A DNA stretch of 64,000 bases from assembly GCA_963666285.1 (NCBI GenBank), contig OY762711.1; one strand, 5' to 3'. Positions 60,373 through 64,000 of this stretch are shown here, piece after piece. This DNA is from Sedimentisphaerales bacterium. GTDB taxonomy: Bacteria; Planctomycetota; Phycisphaerae; Sedimentisphaerales; SM23-30. The notes beneath the pieces are model-generated. The model made no database searches. It worked only from the letters and a program-made list of their open reading frames with translations, and was not told the origin of the DNA. The number at the start of each line of letters is the position of its first letter. Position 1 is the first letter of the stretch. The translations under genes and the position numbers were made by a program.

Positions 60373-62781
60373 TTAGTTAGATTCTGCATTTGCAACATCG
60401 CTACTATCATTATTATCTTTGAGTGCGATTTTCATTTTAAGTCTGAACCAGTAGTCATTCTTAATAGTTACAGGTTCTCCATTTTCTAAGACTATATCAC
60501 CCTCATCATTTTCTTTGTATTCAATGCTAACAACTTCCTGAGTAAAAGGGTCGATGAGTAAAGGTAATTGGTTGTTAGTTCTGTTTCCAACTCCACCCAT
60601 TACCATTCCAGCACCTTCATATCCAATGTTGCCCATTCCAAGTGCAGCAGAACCAGTTTGGTCTTCTTTAATTTTCATCACACCGATGCCAACCGGCTGG
60701 CCCATATTACCAATTCCAGAGACATAGCTACCTTCATTTGTATCAAAGTATAACTTTAATTCATTCTGTCCAATATAAGATTCGAACATCAGGTTTGATG
60801 CATATTCATTTTGGTTTTTCTGATAATCATTTTGCGGAGCATCATTTATTTTAAAAGATTTTTCTTCCATAAGTTTTTTTATCTGTTTATCAGTTTTGCC
60901 AAAATGATATAGCCTATTGAAAAATCCCCAGGTTTGCCTATCAAGTCCAACTCCGGGAACATTGAGAAATTCAAGTCCGTTTTTATTTGGTGTACTTCCT
61001 TCAATTACAACAACAAAACCAGGTTTCTTTCCTTCATTGTCCTGTGTTGAACCTGTGCTTTTATTTGCGTTTCCTAGTGGTGAAGGATTACCTAACATGG
61101 GGGTACCAGGCATTGTCATTTGACCGGGCATTGTCATTGGGCTGGTCATTGGTGTAGTGCCGCCACCCATTTCACCCGCTCCATAACCAAAGCCACTACC
61201 AGCACCTCTCATAGAATTAGAAGCTAGTATAGCTTCAAAACTTTTACTTAAATCATCAGTATACTTAGTCTTAATACCTGAAATAAAGACTTGCTTTCTT
61301 TCTTTTCTAGGTGTTTGTTTCAGTTGGTTTAGCTGGCCATTAAGAAAAGCCTGGTATACAGCGGCCTGGTCAGGATTATGCTCTGCATTAGGCAATGCCT
61401 GAACTAAAGCCTTGTGAAGTTTTTGGACGACAGATCTGTCACTATATACTATTTTATGTTTTTGAACATTTTCTCTTATCTGGTTTATCTGTTCTTCTTT
61501 TTCATTTTTTGCATTGTTAGTTTCATTTATCTTTGCAGCAGAACTTGAAATAGGCATGGCAGCAGTTTTAGCATTAGCAATGTCTGCTTTGCCAGCTTGA
61601 GCATTACCAATAGCAATTATGCCGCCTATCATAAAGCAAGCACATGCTGCGATAAACCATTTGTGTTTGCGTTTCCATTGAGTTTGCCGAATTGTTTCTT
61701 TGGGCAATAGATTACCGTCGATAACACCTTCACCGATACCCTGAAGGGCAAGACCGTAAGCGATAGGTAGCCTTGGGATGTGACCTGAAAACTCGGCAAC
61801 GGAAATATCATCCGCAGGAATTGATTTTTCAAAGGAGTCCAGACGTTTGATAGGTAATGACAGGCTTTGTTGTAAGAATTTCAGCAAACCAGGGAGCTTC
61901 ATGGCATTACCCATAGCCAGGGCTTCACCAAATTGAGTATCACGGTTTCCGCTGCTGTAAAAACCTAAAGAACGTTGAATTTCAGCGGCTAAATCAGAGA
62001 AGACAGGACGCATTGCCTGGAATATTTGACGTGCGTGTTTGCTGGTGTTTGCAGTACGCTTTATATTTTCAGCTTTCTGGAAACTAAGCTTAAATGATTT
62101 TTGAACTGCAGCAGTAAAGTGGTTACCACCGATTTTAATACTACGTTGCCAGACTCTTCCTTTATGGGCAATAATTAGATCAGTATTTTCAGCACCAATA
62201 TCAATAAGTATGACAGCTTCTTCAGAAGAAGATAATTCTGGTTTATCATAACTTAAGAAGTTGAATAATGCCATTGGTCCCATTTGTACTGTATCAATGA
62301 GACAATTGATTTCTGTGTAGGGATATAGAAGTCTTTTCGCTAAATCAGTTTTGATTGCAAAAATACCAATTTCAATTTCTTGTGCTTCTTCATCTTCGCT
62401 TAGAACCTGCCAGTCCCATTCAACATCATTTATATCAAACGGTATTTGCTGCTGAGCTTCATAATGAACCATATTAGGCAGGTTTTTCTTATCAACAGGC
62501 GGCAATTTTGCAAATCTGGCAAAACTGCTGTGACCTGGAACTCCAACAACAATATGGCTGCCGGATATATCATGTTCATCGACAAACTTTTCAAGAGACT
62601 TATTGATAAGTTCAATTCGCTGTTGAGGATTCACTTCAGGGGAAGTAAGAATGGTATCATGCTCTATAACTGCATAATCAAGCACTTCAACATTATCATC
62701 GTCTCCAGTCGCAATTTTGATTGCTTTTAGAGCGCTGTTACCGAGGTCAATACCCCATGCTGTTCCGGCTGCTTTTGCCAT
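60373..62781 (-). CDS. pilM: Type IV pilus assembly protein PilM with long TM and periplasmic extension
   Basis: WGIDLG..ALKA, YEAQQQIPF, IDIGA, GGNHFT, EIQRSLGFY, AYGLALQG, NLLP, then TM. Confidence 0.88.
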   Translation of the reverse strand: MAKAAGTAWGIDLGNSALKAIKIATGDDDNVEVLDYAVIEHDTILTSPEVNPQQRIELINKSLEKFVDEHDISGSHIVVGVPGHSSFARFAKLPPVDKKNLPNMVHYEAQQQIPFDINDVEWDWQVLSEDEEAQEIEIGIFAIKTDLAKRLLYPYTEINCLIDTVQMGPMALFNFLSYDKPELSSSEEAVILIDIGAENTDLIIAHKGRVWQRSIKIGGNHFTAAVQKSFKLSFQKAENIKRTANTSKHARQIFQAMRPVFSDLAAEIQRSLGFYSSGNRDTQFGEALAMGNAMKLPGLLKFLQQSLSLPIKRLDSFEKSIPADDISVAEFSGHIPRLPIAYGLALQGIGEGVIDGNLLPKETIRQTQWKRKHKWFIAACACFMIGGIIAIGNAQAGKADIANAKTAAMPISSSAAKINETNNAKNEKEEQINQIRENVQKHKIVYSDRSVVQKLHKALVQALPNAEHNPDQAAVYQAFLNGQLNQLKQTPRKERKQVFISGIKTKYTDDLSKSFEAILASNSMRGAGSGFGYGAGEMGGGTTPMTSPMTMPGQMTMPGTPMLGNPSPLGNANKSTGSTQDNEGKKPGFVVVIEGSTPNKNGLEFLNVPGVGLDRQTWGFFNRLYHFGKTDKQIKKLMEEKSFKINDAPQNDYQKNQNEYASNLMFESYIGQNELKLYFDTNEGSYVSGIGNMGQPVGIGVMKIKEDQTGSAALGMGNIGYEGAGMVMGGVGNRTNNQLPLLIDPFTQEVVSIEYKENDEGDIVLENGEPVTIKNDYWFRLKMKIALKDNNDSSDVANAESN

Positions 62782-63288
62782 GTCAAATTCCTTAATCTAT
62801 TTCGTTTGGTTAAATTACGTCCCGGCATATAGCAGGATGTTGAACTGTCATAATTCTATTGGCAGTTCAATTAAAATTGTCAAGGTATGCCGCTTTTGTC
62901 GGAAAAGTGAGGATTACCGACATAAGTCTTTGTGTAATAACTGATAACGGTACTATTTTCACCTATCTGAATCAGCAATAATAATTTTAACAAAAAAAAT
63001 ATTTCTTTCCAGTTTTATTTTCGGCCTAAAACAATAAACCAGTTAGATTTAGTGTTATTTTTCATTATATTTTTACATAACTCGTTTGTATAGAGTTTAT
63101 GAGTAAGCTCATATTAAGATTATATGCCTATAATCAAGCAAAAATAATTGGCTGTTGTTTTTGACCAAAGCCCAATGTTAAGTTATAATACAAAATTCTT
63201 TGAGTAGATTTCGTTTAAGTATGGAATTTGCGTTAAGAGTATTAAGTAGTAAGGATTATCGTAAAGGTATTAAATATAAGGAATTACA

Positions 63289-64000
63289 ATGACTCAATAT
63301 CAAAGTGCCAAAGCTGGAAATATCACAAATGAAATGAAAATTGTTGCAGAGAAAGAATCGGTCTCTGCTGAACTGATAAGAAGTGAAATAGCATTTGGTA
63401 GAATGGTAATACCAGCAAATATTGTTCATCTACAGAAGGGCTTGAGGCCAATAGGTATTGGGCGTGCCATTTCTACGAAAATTAATGCAAATATTGGAGC
63501 TAGTCCGTTAGATTCTGATGATTGTGGTGAGTTGGAGAAGATGAATATCGCGTTAGAATACGGAGCAGATACAATTATGGATCTTTCTACAGGTGGTGAT
63601 GTCGATAAATGCCGCTGTAATTTAATTGATCACTGTTCTGCACCAATTGGAACAGTTCCACTTTATGAGATGATAATCGGTAACAAGCCGATAGAAGAAT
63701 TGACATATGATACGATTTTAGATGTATGTGAAAAACAGGCTAAGCAAGGAATAGATTTTTTTACTATTCATGCCGGTTTATTGCGAAGTCATGTTCCTTT
63801 GGCAAAAAAACGTCTCGCGGGGATAGTAAGTCGTGGAGGAGCGTTGATTGCAAAATGGATGGAATACCATCAAAAAGAAAATCCTTTTTATCACGTTTTC
63901 GATGATCTTTGTGATTTAATGGCTGAATATGACGTTTGCTTTTCACTAGGAGATGGTTTAAGGCCTGGAGCAATAGCAGACGCATCAGATGAGGCTCAGT
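63289..64000 (+). CDS. thiC: Phosphomethylpyrimidine synthase (3' truncated by window edge; absent from the ORF track)
   Basis: Hand translation: [77 protein letters not shown]. Confidence 0.93.
   Translation, partial: MTQYQSAKAGNITNEMKIVAEKESVSAELIRSEIAFGRMVIPANIVHLQKGLRPIGIGRAISTKINANIGASPLDSDDCGELEKMNIALEYGADTIMDLSTGGDVDKCRCNLIDHCSAPIGTVPLYEMIIGNKPIEELTYDTILDVCEKQAKQGIDFFTIHAGLLRSHVPLAKKRLAGIVSRGGALIAKWMEYHQKENPFYHVFDDLCDLMAEYDVCFSLGDGLRPGAIADASDEAQ

Noticed and set aside
1235..63985. Numerous short antisense or nested ORFs in the six-frame track
   Set aside because: They lie within well-supported genes on the opposite strand or frame and show no motifs.
50000..64000. Possible strand-skew switch marking a replication origin or terminus
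   Set aside because: The impression from codon endings is inconsistent across genes, and I found no convincing dif site or DnaA-box cluster. A cumulative skew calculation would be needed.
1..64000. tRNA, rRNA, tmRNA, SRP RNA, transposase or integrase genes
   Set aside because: No recognisable signatures were found by eye.

Overview
AT-rich chromosomal segment, most likely from an anaerobic planctomycete (Phycisphaerae/Sedimentisphaerales-like). That placement is inferred from the PEP-CTERM protein, the long PilM-type gene with Met/Gly-rich partner genes, the orphan GroES and the AroD-AroE fusion. The window holds a rhomboid protease, an HDOD protein, pepA, a xylose locus (xylB, sodium:solute symporter, xylA, xylR), a 2-oxoacid:ferredoxin oxidoreductase operon, a type II secretion cluster (gspC-D-E-F-G-I-J-K-L-M-like), aroDE, hemC, lepA, an M50 peptidase/membrane-fusion hybrid, pruA, proC, nadC, fbaA, a GH43, asnS, coaX, hisA, cmk, a type IV pilus pilM cluster and the start of thiC. 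The most striking non-genic signals are: (1) an interspersed 180-220 bp imperfect-palindrome repeat with 8 (possibly 9) copies, all in one orientation, whose subtype pairs bracket single genes; (2) a cluster of short hairpins each followed by an (AC)ACC tail, plus REP-like units and an RHS remnant, at 44.6-50.1 kb; (3) a promoter- and terminator-bounded structured ~170 nt RNA candidate at 33.6-33.8 kb; (4) a directly readable XylR operator architecture at two promoters. All product calls come from motif recognition by eye; no database searches were run.
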